The notes below the pieces were generated by a model that was not told the DNA's origin, made no database searches, and saw only the letters and a program-made list of their open reading frames with translations. This document shows, one piece after another, positions 9,991-21,291 of a stretch of 45,837 bases of DNA. Position numbers and translations under genes: made by a program. Origin of the DNA: Bacteroidetes bacterium 4572_114 (GTDB taxonomy: Bacteria; Bacteroidota; Bacteroidia; Bacteroidales; 4484-276). Location of the stretch: contig NIVA01000005.1 of NCBI GenBank assembly GCA_002254335.1, positions 1 to 45,837 of the forward strand, read 5' to 3'. Numbering within the stretch: position 1 is the stretch's first letter; each line of letters opens with the position of its first letter.

Positions 9991-10518
9991 ATGACTAAAA
10001 CTGAAAAAAATCAGATAATTGAAACGCTGGTAAAAGACCTCAATGAAAATCCTAATTTCTACCTGACCGACATAGGCGGCCTGACGGTGGAAAGTACTGG
10101 TGAATTGAGAAGGCTGTGTTTCAAAAAAAAGGTAAAACTTAAAGTTACAAAGAACACATTGCTTCGTAAAGCAATGGAAAAATCCGAAAAGGAACTTAAC
10201 GAATTGTACGATACGTTAAGGGGTCCTAACTCTATAATGTTTACCGAAGCAGGTAATGCCCCAGCCAGGCTGATTAAAGAATTTAGGAAAAAATTCAAAA
10301 GCGAAAAGCCCCTATTAAAAGGAGCTTACGTTGAAGAATCAGCTTACATAGGCGAGGATCAACTGGATATTTTGGAAAACATTAAATCTAAAAATGAAGT
10401 TATTGCCGATATCATTGCATTACTGCAATCACCAACTAAAAATGTTATTTCAGCATTGCAGTCAGGTGGGCACAAAATTTCCGGCATCCTGGAAACTCTG
10501 TCCGAAAGGCCGGCATAA
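9991..10518 (+). CDS. rplJ: 50S ribosomal protein L10
   Basis: 175 aa, in the position and at the length of uL10, between rplA and rplL. Confidence 0.93.
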   Translation: MTKTEKNQIIETLVKDLNENPNFYLTDIGGLTVESTGELRRLCFKKKVKLKVTKNTLLRKAMEKSEKELNELYDTLRGPNSIMFTEAGNAPARLIKEFRKKFKSEKPLLKGAYVEESAYIGEDQLDILENIKSKNEVIADIIALLQSPTKNVISALQSGGHKISGILETLSERPA

Positions 10519-10582
10519 TTTCTATAGTTAAATTAAGTGTATCATTATTATTTTAGAATTATAATTTAAAACAAATATTAAA

Positions 10583-10957
10583 ATGGCAGATTTGAAAGCA
10601 TTTGCAGAACAGTTAGTCGGACTGACAGTTAAGGAAGTAAACGAACTTGCTCAAATTTTAAAAGATGAGCATGGCATTGAGCCAGCTGCCGCCGCAGTGG
10701 TTGCAGGCCCGGCAGCTGATGGTGGCGAAGTAGCCGATGAAGAGCAAACCGAATTTGATGTAATAATCACGGCTGCCGGCCAGTCGAAACTGAAAGTAGT
10801 TAAACTTGTTAAAGAATTGACCAGTCTCGGCCTAAAAGAATCTAAGGAGTTAGTTGACTCAGCACCGAAAGCAGTTAAAGAAGCTGTATCGAAAGACGAA
10901 GCTGAAGCACTTAAAGCACAATTAGAAGAAGCCGGTGCTGAAGTAGAGGTTAAATAG
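10583..10957 (+). CDS. rplL: 50S ribosomal protein L7/L12
   Basis: 124 aa with an Ala-rich hinge and a C-terminus ...[27 protein letters not shown]. Confidence 0.97.
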   Translation: MADLKAFAEQLVGLTVKEVNELAQILKDEHGIEPAAAAVVAGPAADGGEVADEEQTEFDVIITAAGQSKLKVVKLVKELTSLGLKESKELVDSAPKAVKEAVSKDEAEALKAQLEEAGAEVEVK

Positions 10958-10977
10958 GGACACGTACCTACTCCATA

Positions 10978-11040
10978 AGAAATATAGACTGCTGCCGGTA
11001 TTGCCGTGTAGGGTCTATATTTCTTTGTATTATAGAATTA
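10978..11040 (+). terminator. rplL-rpoB intergenic attenuator/terminator hairpin
   Basis: Perfect 12-bp stem AGAAATATAGAC (10978-10989) / GTCTATATTTCT (11023-11034), followed by a T-rich tail. Confidence 0.5.
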
Positions 11041-11086
11041 AGTTTTCTCTGCACCATAATTACCTCACATTCAAAACATTACTACA

Positions 11087-14000
11087 TTGGCTAAGGAAAA
11101 ATACGAAAGAATAAATTTCTCAAAGACAAAAATTAAATCGAGATATCCTGATTTTCTAGATATCCAATTAAAATCATTCCAGGAGTTCTTTCAGTTGGAA
11201 ACCAATCCTGAAAACCGCATAAATGAAGGACTTTACAAAGTTTTTAGTGAAAACTTTCCAATTACTGATGCACGGAATAACTTTGTGCTGGAGTTCCTGG
11301 ATTATTTTATCGATCCACCAAGATATTCAATCGATGAATGTCTCGAGAGGGGTTTAACTTACAGTGTCCCCCTTAAGGCCAAACTTAAGCTTTATTGTAC
11401 AGACCCGGAACACGAAGACTTTCAAACAATAGTACAGGATGTTTATTTAGGCCAGATCCCATATATGACCCCTCGCGGCACCTTTGTTGTCAACGGTGCC
11501 GAACGGGTTGTGGTTTCTCAGCTTCACCGATCACCGGGGGCATTTTTTGGCACAAGCTATCATGCCAATGGCCAGCAGTTGTTTTCGGCAAGGATCATCC
11601 CTTTCAAAGGATCGTGGATGGAATTTACCACCGACATCAATAGTGTGATGTATGCCTACATCGACAGAAAGAAAAAGTTACCGGTAACAACATTGTTGAG
11701 GGTCATTGGATACGAAAGCGACAAAGATATTCTTGAAATTTTTGACCTTGCCCAGGAAGTTAAGACTACAAAAGCCATCCTGAAAAAACATCTCGGCAGA
11801 AGGCTTGCTGCCCGTGTTGTACGTTCCTGGATTGAAGACTTTGTTGATGAAGATACTGGCGAAGTAGTTTCAATTGAACGTACCGAAGTAATTATCGACC
11901 GTGAGACAGTCCTTGAAGCTGACCATATTGACCAAATTATTGATTCCGGGGTCGAGACCATTCTTATACATAAGGATGAAGCTGATGGAATTGATTACTC
12001 AATCATTTTTAATACCCTGCAAAAAGACACAACAAATACTGAAAAGGAAGCAGTTGAGTTTATTTATCGGCAGTTGCGAAATGCAGAACCACCCGATGAA
12101 GAAACTGCAAGGGGGATTATTGAAAAGTTGTTTTTCTCGGATAAACGTTACGACCTTGGCGAAGTTGGAAGGTACAGGATCAATAAGAAACTGGATCTTG
12201 ATGTGCCAATGGAAACTAAAATCCTTACCAAGGAAGATATCATTTCGATTATTAAATATCTCATCGAAATGGTCAACTCCAAACGTGAGATAGATGACAT
12301 CGACCACCTAAGCAACCGCCGCGTAAGAACTGTTGGAGAACAATTATATTCCCAGTTCGGTGTTGGCCTTGCCCGTATGTCACGTACAATCCGCGAACGT
12401 ATGAATGTTCGTGACAACGAGGTTTTCACCCCAACTGATTTGATTAACGCAAAGACACTTTCATCAGTAATCAATTCATTTTTTGGCACCAACGCACTGT
12501 CACAATTCATGGATCAAACCAACCCGCTATCTGAGCTGACCCACAAAAGAAGGGTATCTGCTTTGGGCCCCGGGGGACTCTCCCGCGAGCGTGCAGGTTT
12601 TCAGGTGCGTGATGTACACTACACACACTATGGCAGGCTTTGCACCATCGAAACCCCGGAAGGGCCAAACATTGGTTTAATATCCTCACTGTGTGTCTTC
12701 GCAAAGATCAATAAACTTGGTTTTATCGAAACACCTTATAAACATGTGGTCGATGGTCAGGTTATTTTAGGCGATAAGCCCGAATACCTCAGTGCCGAGG
12801 AAGAAGAAAATAAAATTATCGCACAGGCCAACTCCCTGCTGAACGACGATGGTAAATTTACAAACGATAAGGTCAAAGTCCGTTATCAGGCCGACTATCC
12901 TATTGAAGAGAGGGAAAATGTCGATTACATTGATATGGCCCCAAACCAGATCGCATCTATTGCGGCATCCTTAATCCCATTCCTTGAGCACGACGATGCT
13001 AACCGCGCCTTGATGGGTTCAAACATGATGCGCCAGGCAGTACCCTTGCTCAACCCTGAAGCCCCAATTGTTGGAACAGGTATCGAAAGGGGGGTTGCCA
13101 TTGATTCACGTGTCCTGTTAACTGCCGAAGGTGATGGCTTGGTAGAATATATTGATGCAAATGAAATTGTTATCCGCTACACCAGGGTAGAGACCGAAAA
13201 ACTGGTGAGTTTTGAGGATGATGTAAGATCATATAAACTTACTAAGTTTGCCCGTACTAACCAAAACACATCCATTAACCTTAGGCCAATCGTAAGGAAA
13301 GGCCAGAAAGTTGTTAAGGGCGAGGTGCTTTGCGAAGGGTATGGAACCCAAAATGGTGAACTTGCCCTGGGCAGGAACCTGATGGTGGCATTCATGCCAT
13401 GGAAAGGCTACAACTTTGAGGATGCAATAGTAATTTCTGAAAAGGTGGTGAAGGAAGATATTTTTACTTCAGTACATATCGAAGAATTTACACTTGAAGT
13501 CCGTGACACAAAGCGCGGGGTTGAAGAATTAACTAATGATATCCCCAATGTCAGTGCCGAGGCAACAAAAGACCTTGACGAAAATGGATTAATCAGGATT
13601 GGTGCCGAAATAACCGAAGGTGATATCCTTATTGGAAAAATTACACCAAAAGGAGAATCAGACCCAACACCTGAAGAGAAACTGCTACGCGCTATTTTTG
13701 GTGACAAAGCCGGTGATGTTAAAGATGCTTCGCTCAAAGCTCCCCCTTCCATACGCGGGGTGGTGATAGATAAAAAATTATTTTCGAAGATAGGAAAAGA
13801 CCGCAAAACCAAATCAATTGATAAGGATGTGGTCAGCGACCTTGAAAAAGATTATAATAAGTTGAACGCCGAACTAAAGGCAAAACTTGTTGACAAACTT
13901 ATGGTTTTGGTCAGCGGTAAATCCTCACAGGGTGTTTATAGCAACTTCAAAGAAGAAATTGTACCTAAAAAGGTTAAGTTCAACCAAAAGATACTTATCG

Positions 14001-14893
14001 ACATCAACTACCTTATTGTTAATCCAAACAAATGGACTACCGATAAGGAAAAGAATGCACTGATCTCTCAATTAGTCAATAATTATTTGATTAAATACAA
14101 AGAGATCCTTGGGATTTTCAACCGTAAGAAATTTGTGGCAACTGTTGGTGATGACTTGCCAAACGGCATTGTGAAAATGGCCAAGGTATTCGTTGCCAAG
14201 AAACGTAAGCTAAAAGTTGGTGATAAAATGGCAGGCCGCCACGGAAACAAGGGTATTGTCGCCAAAATTGTCCGCGAAGAAGATATGCCTTTCCTTGAAG
14301 ACGGAACACCGGTTGATATCGTATTAAACCCACTGGGTGTACCTTCAAGGATGAACCTTGGCCAGATTTATGAAACAGTACTGGGCTGGGCAGGTAAAAA
14401 ACTTGGGTTAAATTTTGCCACCCCGATTTTTGATGGGGCAACAACTGATGAGATCAACGAATATTTAGTAAAAGCCGAATTGCCCGAAAACGGTAAAGTT
14501 TATTTGTACGATGGTGGTACCGGTGAACGTTTTCACCAACCGGCAACCGTTGGATATATCTATATCCTCAAACTGCACCACATGGTTGACGATAAAATGC
14601 ACGCCAGGTCCATTGGCCCCTATTCGCTAATCACCCAGCAACCACTTGGTGGCAAAGCACAATTTGGTGGCCAGCGTTTTGGTGAGATGGAGGTTTGGGC
14701 ACTGGAAGCGTTTGGTGCATCCAATGTCTTACAGGAAATCCTTACCGTAAAATCTGATGATGTAACAGGCCGTGCAAAAGCCTATGAAACCATGGTTAAG
14801 GGAGAAAACATGCCTACACCGGGAATTCCCGAATCTTTCAATGTTCTTGTCCATGAGCTTCGCGGGTTGGGCCTGAATGTTACTTTTGATTAA
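11087..14893 (+). CDS. rpoB: DNA-directed RNA polymerase subunit beta
   Basis: 1268 aa, TTG start. Conserved blocks [39 protein letters not shown] and [18 protein letters not shown]. Confidence 0.98.
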   Translation: MAKEKYERINFSKTKIKSRYPDFLDIQLKSFQEFFQLETNPENRINEGLYKVFSENFPITDARNNFVLEFLDYFIDPPRYSIDECLERGLTYSVPLKAKLKLYCTDPEHEDFQTIVQDVYLGQIPYMTPRGTFVVNGAERVVVSQLHRSPGAFFGTSYHANGQQLFSARIIPFKGSWMEFTTDINSVMYAYIDRKKKLPVTTLLRVIGYESDKDILEIFDLAQEVKTTKAILKKHLGRRLAARVVRSWIEDFVDEDTGEVVSIERTEVIIDRETVLEADHIDQIIDSGVETILIHKDEADGIDYSIIFNTLQKDTTNTEKEAVEFIYRQLRNAEPPDEETARGIIEKLFFSDKRYDLGEVGRYRINKKLDLDVPMETKILTKEDIISIIKYLIEMVNSKREIDDIDHLSNRRVRTVGEQLYSQFGVGLARMSRTIRERMNVRDNEVFTPTDLINAKTLSSVINSFFGTNALSQFMDQTNPLSELTHKRRVSALGPGGLSRERAGFQVRDVHYTHYGRLCTIETPEGPNIGLISSLCVFAKINKLGFIETPYKHVVDGQVILGDKPEYLSAEEEENKIIAQANSLLNDDGKFTNDKVKVRYQADYPIEERENVDYIDMAPNQIASIAASLIPFLEHDDANRALMGSNMMRQAVPLLNPEAPIVGTGIERGVAIDSRVLLTAEGDGLVEYIDANEIVIRYTRVETEKLVSFEDDVRSYKLTKFARTNQNTSINLRPIVRKGQKVVKGEVLCEGYGTQNGELALGRNLMVAFMPWKGYNFEDAIVISEKVVKEDIFTSVHIEEFTLEVRDTKRGVEELTNDIPNVSAEATKDLDENGLIRIGAEITEGDILIGKITPKGESDPTPEEKLLRAIFGDKAGDVKDASLKAPPSIRGVVIDKKLFSKIGKDRKTKSIDKDVVSDLEKDYNKLNAELKAKLVDKLMVLVSGKSSQGVYSNFKEEIVPKKVKFNQKILIDINYLIVNPNKWTTDKEKNALISQLVNNYLIKYKEILGIFNRKKFVATVGDDLPNGIVKMAKVFVAKKRKLKVGDKMAGRHGNKGIVAKIVREEDMPFLEDGTPVDIVLNPLGVPSRMNLGQIYETVLGWAGKKLGLNFATPIFDGATTDEINEYLVKAELPENGKVYLYDGGTGERFHQPATVGYIYILKLHHMVDDKMHARSIGPYSLITQQPLGGKAQFGGQRFGEMEVWALEAFGASNVLQEILTVKSDDVTGRAKAYETMVKGENMPTPGIPESFNVLVHELRGLGLNVTFD

Positions 14894-14961
14894 TGATACC
14901 TCTTCATTATCAATCTTTTACTTCAATATTTGTAAATATAAAATCTAAATGAAATTCCACA

Positions 14962-17900
14962 ATGGCTTATAGAAAAGAAAGTAACATTGTAAACCGAGAA
15001 TTTTCTCAAATCACTATTAGCCTGGCTTCGCCCGAAACTATTCTTGAACGAAGTTATGGTGAAGTCCTAAAACCCGAAACCATCAATTACAGGACCTATA
15101 AACCTGAACGGGACGGATTGTTTTGTGAACGTATTTTTGGCCCTGTTAAAGATTGGGAGTGCCATTGCGGAAAATATAAGCGGATTAGGTACAAGGGCAT
15201 TGTTTGCGACCGGTGTGGTGTTGAAGTTACCGAGAAAAAAGTCCGCCGCGAAAGGACCGGGCACATCCAGCTTGTTGTCCCGGTTGCGCATATCTGGTTT
15301 TTTAGGTCGTTGCCAAACAAAATTGGCGCAATGTTGGGCCTTCAGACCAAGAAACTCGACACCATTATTTATTTTGAAAAATATGTGGTGATAAACCCGG
15401 GGATAAAAGAAGCTGACGGAATTAAATATCTTGATTTTATTTCTGAAGAAGAATATTTCGAGATCATGGAAACCGTACCTGCCGAAAACCAATATCTCGA
15501 TGATAGCGACCCCAGCAAATTCATTGCAAAAATGGGGGCCGAAGCACTTCATGATTTACTGGCACGCCTCGACCTGGACGAGTTATCGTACCAACTCCGC
15601 CACAAGGCCCATACCGAAACTTCGCAACAAAGAAAAGCCGATGCGTTAAAACGCCTACAGGTACTGGAAGCATTTAGGGATTCGCGCAACAGGATTGAAA
15701 ACCGTCCTGAATGGATGATCGTAAAAGTTGTTCCGGTCATACCTCCTGAATTAAGGCCTTTGGTACCGCTCGATGGCGGAAGGTTTGCCACCTCTGACCT
15801 GAACGACCTGTACCGCAGGGTAATTATTAGGAACAACCGTCTTAAAAGGCTTATCCAGATCAAAGCACCTGATGTGATCATGCGTAATGAAAAACGTATG
15901 CTCCAGGAAGCTGTGGATTCATTGTTTGATAACTCAAGAAAAGCCAATGCGGTAAAAACCGAATCTAACAGGGCATTAAAATCATTGAGCGACAGCCTCA
16001 AGGGAAAACAAGGAAGGTTCCGTCAGAACCTGCTCGGCAAACGTGTTGATTATTCAGGCCGTTCTGTTATAGTTGTAGGCCCCTATTTATCACTTAACGA
16101 ATGTGGTATCCCAAAAGAGATGGCTTCTGAACTTTTCAAGCCATTTATTATCCGCAAGATGTTGGAAAGGGGAATTGTTAAAACCGTAAAATCGGCAAAG
16201 AAAATTGTTGACAGAAAAGACCCTGTTGTTTGGGATATTTTGGAAAACATACTAAAAGGCCACCCCATAATGCTTAACCGTGCCCCTACCCTTCACCGGT
16301 TGGGCATCCAGGCTTTCCAGCCAAAGCTTATCGAAGGCAAGGCAATTCAGCTCCACCCACTTGTATGTACGGCATTCAACGCCGACTTTGATGGCGACCA
16401 GATGGCCGTTCATGTCCCTTTGGGAAATGCAGCAATACTTGAAGCACAACTTTTAATGCTGGCTTCACACAACATACTTAACCCGGCAAATGGGGCACCA
16501 ATTGCCGTACCTTCCCAAGACATGGTGTTGGGACTTTATTACATTACCAAGGCAAGGCAAAATCTCCCTGAACACCCTATCAAAGGGGAAGGCTACAATT
16601 TTTATTCCCCCGAAGAAGTAATCATAGCCCACAATGAAGGCCAGGTTGACTTACATGCCATTATTAATGTGATGCTACCGGTAACAAAGGATGAGATAAC
16701 TTCTAAAGAACTTACTGAAACTACTGTAGGCAGGGTTATTTTTAACCAGGTTGTACCTGAAGAAATTGAGTATATCAATCAGGTGCTCACCAAGAAAGCC
16801 CTGCGTGATATTATTGGGGACGTACTTAAACGCACTGATACGGCCACTACGGCCAAATTCCTGGATGACATTAAACACCTTGGGTTTACCATGGCATTTG
16901 AGGGCGGGCTATCGTTTAACCTTGGAGATGTAATTATTCCTGAAATAAAGGAAACCCTTATTGCGAAAGCCAACGAAGAGGTAGATGAAGTAGTTACCAA
17001 CTACAACATGGGCTTCATTACCAACAATGAAAGATATAACCAGATTATTGATATCTGGACACATACCAATTCGCACCTTACCCACACACTCATGGACCAG
17101 TTGGCGAAAGACAGACAAGGTTTCAATGCTGTGTACATGATGCTCGATTCGGGCGCCCGTGGCAGTAAGGAGCAAATCAGGCAGCTTTCAGGTATGCGTG
17201 GATTGATGGCAAAACCACAAAAATCAGGGGCTACAGGAGGTGAAATTATAGAAAACCCAATTCTGTCGAACTTTAAAGAAGGGCTAACAGTATTGGAATA
17301 CTTTATTTCGACCCACGGTGCCCGTAAAGGTCTTGCCGATACCGCCCTCAAAACTGCCGATGCCGGTTATCTTACCCGTCGTTTGGTTGATGTGGCACAA
17401 GATGTAATTATTTCTGAAAAAGACTGTGGCACCCTTAGGGGGCTTACTTCTTCAACACTAAAGAAAAACGAAGAAGTTGTAGAAACACTTTTTGACAGGA
17501 TATTGGGCCGTACATCCCTACATGATGTTTACCACCCGTTGACAGGTGAACTGATTATTGCTGCAGGCGAACAGCTTACCGAAGAGATTTCCGCAATAAT
17601 TGAGGAATCCCCAATTGAGTCTATTGAAATCCGCTCGGTACTGACATGTGAATCAAAACATGGAGTTTGTGCCAGATGTTATGGGCGTAACCTTGCAACA
17701 GGCCGCATGGTACAAAAAGGTGAGGCAGTTGGGGTTATTGCCGCACAATCCATTGGCGAGCCGGGCACTCAGCTAACGCTTAGGACCTTCCACGTTGGTG
17801 GTGTTGCCGGGGGCAATATATCTTCAGAATCCAAGATCGAAGCCAAATTTGATGGGAAACTTAAAATTGAAGGACTAAGATCGGTACATACCACAAACGA

Positions 17901-19155
17901 AGGCGGAAAAGAATACCAGGTCGTAATCGGCCGTTCTGCTGAAATGAGGATACTCGACAAAGAGACCGGCATCTTACTTACTTCAAGCAATATCCCTTAC
18001 GGCTCCAATCTCTACTTTAGTGATGGGGACACCGTGAAGAAAGATGTTTTAATCTGCGAATGGGACCCGTACAATGCAGTAATTATTTCGGACATGAGCG
18101 GTAAGTTGGTGTTTAACAACATAGTTGAAAATAGGACTTTCAGGGTTGAATCTGACGATCAAACAGGATATTTCGAAAAGGTAGTTATCGAATCCCGTCA
18201 GAAAGCAAAGAACCCTTCGATTAGTGTTGTTGATGGTGATGACAATATTCTTAGGACTTATGACTTGCCGGTGGGGGCACACATTTCGGTTGACGAAGGA
18301 CAGGACATAAAAGCAGGTGGGGTTCTGGTTAAGATCCCTCGCGCTATTGGAAAATCCGGCGACATCACCGGAGGCCTTCCACGTGTTACCGAGCTTTTCG
18401 AAGCAAGAAACCCATCCGATCCTGCAAAAGTCGCAGAAATTGATGGTGTGGTTTCGTTCGGGAAAAAACTCAAACGCGGCAATAAGGAAATTATCATCAC
18501 CTCCAAAACAGGTGAAGAAAAGCGTTACCTTGTTGCTACATCCAAGCAGATACTTGCACAGGAAAACGACTTTGTTAAAGCAGGAACCCCACTTTCGGAA
18601 GGTGCCCTGACCCCGGCGGATATTTTGGCCATTAAAGGCCCGATGAAAGTTCAGGAGTATATCGTGAACGAAATCCAGGAGGTATATCGTTTACAAGGTG
18701 TTAAGATTAATGACAAACACTTTGAGGTAATTGTTAGGCAAATGATGCGCAAAGTTGAAGTTGCCGATCCGGGCGATACCAAATTCCTCGAAAGTGAACT
18801 TGTTAATAGGATTGAATTTCAGGATGAAAACGATTGGATCTTTGGAAAGAAAGTTATTATCGATCCGGGCGATTCGGCCATTTTTAAAGCCGGCCAAATT
18901 GAATCGGCAAGAAAACTAAGGGACGAAAACTCCCAGCTTAGGCGGAAGGACAAAAACCTTGTTGACGCAAGGGATGCCCAGCCTGCAACTGCACGTCAGG
19001 TGCTACAGGGAATTACCAAAGCATCGCTGCTTGTTGGGCATAAAATCCCGGCCGGTACCGGACTGAGGGAATATGAAGACCTGATTGTCGGGTCTAAGGA
19101 AGAGTACGAAAGCCTCATGCACTCATCACGGTCAGTGAAAGATGAGTATGAATAA
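14962..19155 (+). CDS. rpoC: DNA-directed RNA polymerase subunit beta-prime (apparent in-frame loss of the conserved C-terminal FQETT block)
   Basis: 1397 aa with a zinc-binding [20 protein letters not shown] and the catalytic [12 protein letters not shown]. The C-terminus reads [18 protein letters not shown] where the family normally has about 37 extra residues. Confidence 0.9.
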   Translation: MAYRKESNIVNREFSQITISLASPETILERSYGEVLKPETINYRTYKPERDGLFCERIFGPVKDWECHCGKYKRIRYKGIVCDRCGVEVTEKKVRRERTGHIQLVVPVAHIWFFRSLPNKIGAMLGLQTKKLDTIIYFEKYVVINPGIKEADGIKYLDFISEEEYFEIMETVPAENQYLDDSDPSKFIAKMGAEALHDLLARLDLDELSYQLRHKAHTETSQQRKADALKRLQVLEAFRDSRNRIENRPEWMIVKVVPVIPPELRPLVPLDGGRFATSDLNDLYRRVIIRNNRLKRLIQIKAPDVIMRNEKRMLQEAVDSLFDNSRKANAVKTESNRALKSLSDSLKGKQGRFRQNLLGKRVDYSGRSVIVVGPYLSLNECGIPKEMASELFKPFIIRKMLERGIVKTVKSAKKIVDRKDPVVWDILENILKGHPIMLNRAPTLHRLGIQAFQPKLIEGKAIQLHPLVCTAFNADFDGDQMAVHVPLGNAAILEAQLLMLASHNILNPANGAPIAVPSQDMVLGLYYITKARQNLPEHPIKGEGYNFYSPEEVIIAHNEGQVDLHAIINVMLPVTKDEITSKELTETTVGRVIFNQVVPEEIEYINQVLTKKALRDIIGDVLKRTDTATTAKFLDDIKHLGFTMAFEGGLSFNLGDVIIPEIKETLIAKANEEVDEVVTNYNMGFITNNERYNQIIDIWTHTNSHLTHTLMDQLAKDRQGFNAVYMMLDSGARGSKEQIRQLSGMRGLMAKPQKSGATGGEIIENPILSNFKEGLTVLEYFISTHGARKGLADTALKTADAGYLTRRLVDVAQDVIISEKDCGTLRGLTSSTLKKNEEVVETLFDRILGRTSLHDVYHPLTGELIIAAGEQLTEEISAIIEESPIESIEIRSVLTCESKHGVCARCYGRNLATGRMVQKGEAVGVIAAQSIGEPGTQLTLRTFHVGGVAGGNISSESKIEAKFDGKLKIEGLRSVHTTNEGGKEYQVVIGRSAEMRILDKETGILLTSSNIPYGSNLYFSDGDTVKKDVLICEWDPYNAVIISDMSGKLVFNNIVENRTFRVESDDQTGYFEKVVIESRQKAKNPSISVVDGDDNILRTYDLPVGAHISVDEGQDIKAGGVLVKIPRAIGKSGDITGGLPRVTELFEARNPSDPAKVAEIDGVVSFGKKLKRGNKEIIITSKTGEEKRYLVATSKQILAQENDFVKAGTPLSEGALTPADILAIKGPMKVQEYIVNEIQEVYRLQGVKINDKHFEVIVRQMMRKVEVADPGDTKFLESELVNRIEFQDENDWIFGKKVIIDPGDSAIFKAGQIESARKLRDENSQLRRKDKNLVDARDAQPATARQVLQGITKASLLVGHKIPAGTGLREYEDLIVGSKEEYESLMHSSRSVKDEYE

Positions 19156-19173
19156 AATTTGAAATCATCTGAT

Positions 19174-19215
19174 GCAAAAACCAAAAAATTGATTTTTTTG
19201 GTTTTTGCTTTTTTT
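19174..19215 (+). terminator. A/T-rich hairpin after rpoC (weak terminator or attenuator)
   Basis: GCAAAAACCAAAAAA-TTGA-TTTTTTTGGTTTTTGC followed by TTTTTTT. Confidence 0.45.
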
Positions 19216-19238
19216 AGCAATATCAAAAAATAAACATC

Positions 19239-19553
19239 ATGGAACCAAACCAACCACAAAAAAACAAATTAAACATTGAACTTAGTGATGAGGTGGCAGA
19301 AGGCACCTATTCAAACCTTGCCATAATTACCCATTCGAGGTCTGAATTCGTGGTGGACTTTATTAAAATGCTTCCGGGGATACCCAAAGCAAAAGTTAAA
19401 TCGCGTATCATTCTTACACCACAGCACGCCAAAAGACTGGTAAAAGCCCTGCAGGAAAACATCAAGAAATTTGAAACAATGCATGGCAACATCAAGGGGT
19501 CAGATATGGATCAAATCCCCTTTAGCCTTGGAGGGCCAACAGCCCAGGCATAA
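19239..19553 (+). CDS. DUF3467-family small protein
   Basis: 104 aa. YSNLAIITHSRSEFVVDFIKMLPG...ILTPQHAKRLVKALQENIKKFE is the pattern I recall for DUF3467. Confidence 0.7.
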   Translation: MEPNQPQKNKLNIELSDEVAEGTYSNLAIITHSRSEFVVDFIKMLPGIPKAKVKSRIILTPQHAKRLVKALQENIKKFETMHGNIKGSDMDQIPFSLGGPTAQA

Positions 19554-19555
19554 AA

Positions 19556-19609
19556 GGAAGTGGGGTGATGGAGTGATGGAGTGATGGAGTAGTGGAGTGA
19601 TGGAGCGTT
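19556..19609 (+). repeat. Tandem 8-nt repeat GGAGTGAT, about 6 units
   Basis: GGGGTGAT GGAGTGAT GGAGTGAT GGAGTAGT GGAGTGAT GGAGCGTT, read directly. It starts 3 nt after the DUF3467 stop. Confidence 0.9.
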
Positions 19610-19614
19610 AAACC

Positions 19615-20048
19615 TTCAAACTTTTCCACTTTTCCATCCTTCCAACTTTCCATCCTTCCAACATTCCATCCTTCCATTTTTCCATCCTTCCAACATTCCA
19701 TCCTTCCATTTTTCCATCCTTCCAACTTTCCATTTCCCTATTCTTCCAACTTTCCCTTCTTCCAACTTTCCATTCTTCAACCTTTCCATTCTTCCAACTT
19801 TCCATCCTTCCAACTTTCCATTTCCCTATTCTTCCAACTTTCCTTTCTTCCAACTTTCCATTCTTCAACCTTTCCATCCTTCCAACTTTCCATTTCCCTA
19901 TTCTTTCACCTTTCCATTCTTCCATTTTTCCATACTTCCAACATTCCATTTTCCTATTCTTCCAACTTTCCAACTTTCCAACTTTCCATCCTTCCAACTT
20001 TCCATCGTTCCAACTTTCCATCTTTCCCCCTCCTCCTACTCCATCTAT
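19615..20048 (+). repeat. Satellite-like array of about 54 units with an 8-nt period, consensus TTCCANNN (TTCCATCC/TTCCAACT), with 88- and 72-nt higher-order repeats
   Basis: Read directly. CCATTTCCCTA recurs at 19730, 19818 and 19890. The minus strand is open in all three frames, giving permuted MEGWKVGR peptides, which is the signature of a non-triplet period. Confidence 0.9.
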
Positions 20049-20113
20049 CAAGCATTCAAGCATTTCCATAAAACGCTGATTTAATGCTTAAAGCGCATTA
20101 AAACATGCCATGC

Positions 20114-20152
20114 CTTAACATACCTTAACAACAGGCTTAACAAAATTTAACA
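20114..20152 (+). promoter_or_regulatory. Four phased direct heptamers (CTTAACA x3, TTTAACA x1) upstream of the Bat operon promoter
   Basis: Copies at 20114-20120, 20124-20130, 20136-20142 and 20146-20152, spaced 10/12/10 nt. Confidence 0.35.
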
Positions 20153-20184
20153 GCAAATGAGTAATTAATAAAATACCCCGGAGT

Positions 20185-20192
20185 TATCTTTG
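20185..20192 (+). promoter_or_regulatory. -7 box TATCTTTG upstream of the MoxR gene
   Basis: TAnnTTTG match 24 nt upstream of ATG 20216. No clear -33 TTTG. Confidence 0.4.
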
Positions 20193-20215
20193 CTCCAAAA
20201 AAAAACCAACATCAA

Positions 20216-21208
20216 ATGATAGAGACAAACATCAGGGAACTTAACGAAAAAATACAACAGGAGAGTTCATTTATTGATTTGATCAACCTCGAAATGAACA
20301 AGGTGATCATTGGCCAGAAACATATGGTTGAAAGACTAATGATCGGGCTGCTTGCCAACGGGCATATTTTGCTGGAAGGTGTCCCCGGATTGGCAAAAAC
20401 ATTGGCCATCACCTCCCTTGCAAATGTTATCGAGGCCAAATTCAGCCGGATACAATTTACACCGGACCTTTTGCCTGCCGACCTTTTGGGCACACTTATC
20501 TACAGTATGAAAAATGAGGAATTCCTCGTAAGGAAAGGCCCTATTTTTGCCAACTTCATTTTGGCCGACGAGATAAACCGGTCGCCTGCAAAAGTACAAA
20601 GCGCACTTTTGGAGGCTATGCAGGAACGTCAGGTTACCATTGGGGACGAGACATTCCCACTTGAGGAGCCTTTCCTTGTTTTGGCTACACAAAACCCAAT
20701 CGAACAAGAGGGGACTTATCCGCTGCCCGAAGCACAGGTTGACAGGTTTATGATGAAAGTTGTAATCTCCTATCCTGAAAAAGAAGAGGAAAAACTTATC
20801 CTTCGGCAAAACGCCCTCAACGAAAAAGCCACAACAAATACGGTCATCAACCCAAAGGATATTTTAAGGGCCAGGGAAGTTACGCGTGAAGTTTACTTAG
20901 ATGAAAAAATTGAAAATTACATTATTGATATCGTTTTCGCAACCAGGTACCCATCCGAATATAAGTTAAAAAACTTCGAAAACCTTATCAACTACGGAGC
21001 TTCGCCACGTGCATCAATTAACCTTGCCCTTGCAGCAAAAGCCTTTGCATTCATCAAGCGCCGGGGGTATGTCATCCCCGAAGATATCAGGGCCGTCGCC
21101 CACGATGTAATGCGCCACAGGATTGGCCTTACCTACGAAGCCGAAGCCGAAAATATTACATCCGAGGACATCATTAACGAAGTTTTAAATACCGTTGAAG
21201 TCCCGTAA
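20216..21208 (+). CDS. MoxR-family AAA+ ATPase
   Basis: 330 aa. Walker A GVPGLAKT, Walker B ILADEINR, ATQNPIEQEGTYPLPEAQVDRF and a C-terminal GASPRA motif. Confidence 0.93.
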   Translation: MIETNIRELNEKIQQESSFIDLINLEMNKVIIGQKHMVERLMIGLLANGHILLEGVPGLAKTLAITSLANVIEAKFSRIQFTPDLLPADLLGTLIYSMKNEEFLVRKGPIFANFILADEINRSPAKVQSALLEAMQERQVTIGDETFPLEEPFLVLATQNPIEQEGTYPLPEAQVDRFMMKVVISYPEKEEEKLILRQNALNEKATTNTVINPKDILRAREVTREVYLDEKIENYIIDIVFATRYPSEYKLKNFENLINYGASPRASINLALAAKAFAFIKRRGYVIPEDIRAVAHDVMRHRIGLTYEAEAENITSEDIINEVLNTVEVP

Positions 21209-21291
21209 AATGTATCGGTGATTAATCATCAACCCATAAAGTTTTAGATTTTATCAAAAGTAAATTCGAATTTTAGTTCAGATTTTAAGAT

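Noticed and set aside
11395-19259. Numerous 60-160-aa ORFs in alternative frames or antisense within rpoB and rpoC
   Set aside because: They are embedded in highly conserved coding sequence on the other frame or strand, as is typical for shadow ORFs.
19522-20069. Three overlapping minus-strand ORFs encoding MEGWKVGRMESWKNGK-type repeats
   Set aside because: All three frames are open and encode circular permutations of the same 8-aa string because the DNA repeat is 8 nt. No frame is preferred, so I treat this as a non-coding satellite. It is also not a CRISPR array, since there are no unique spacers between the repeats.
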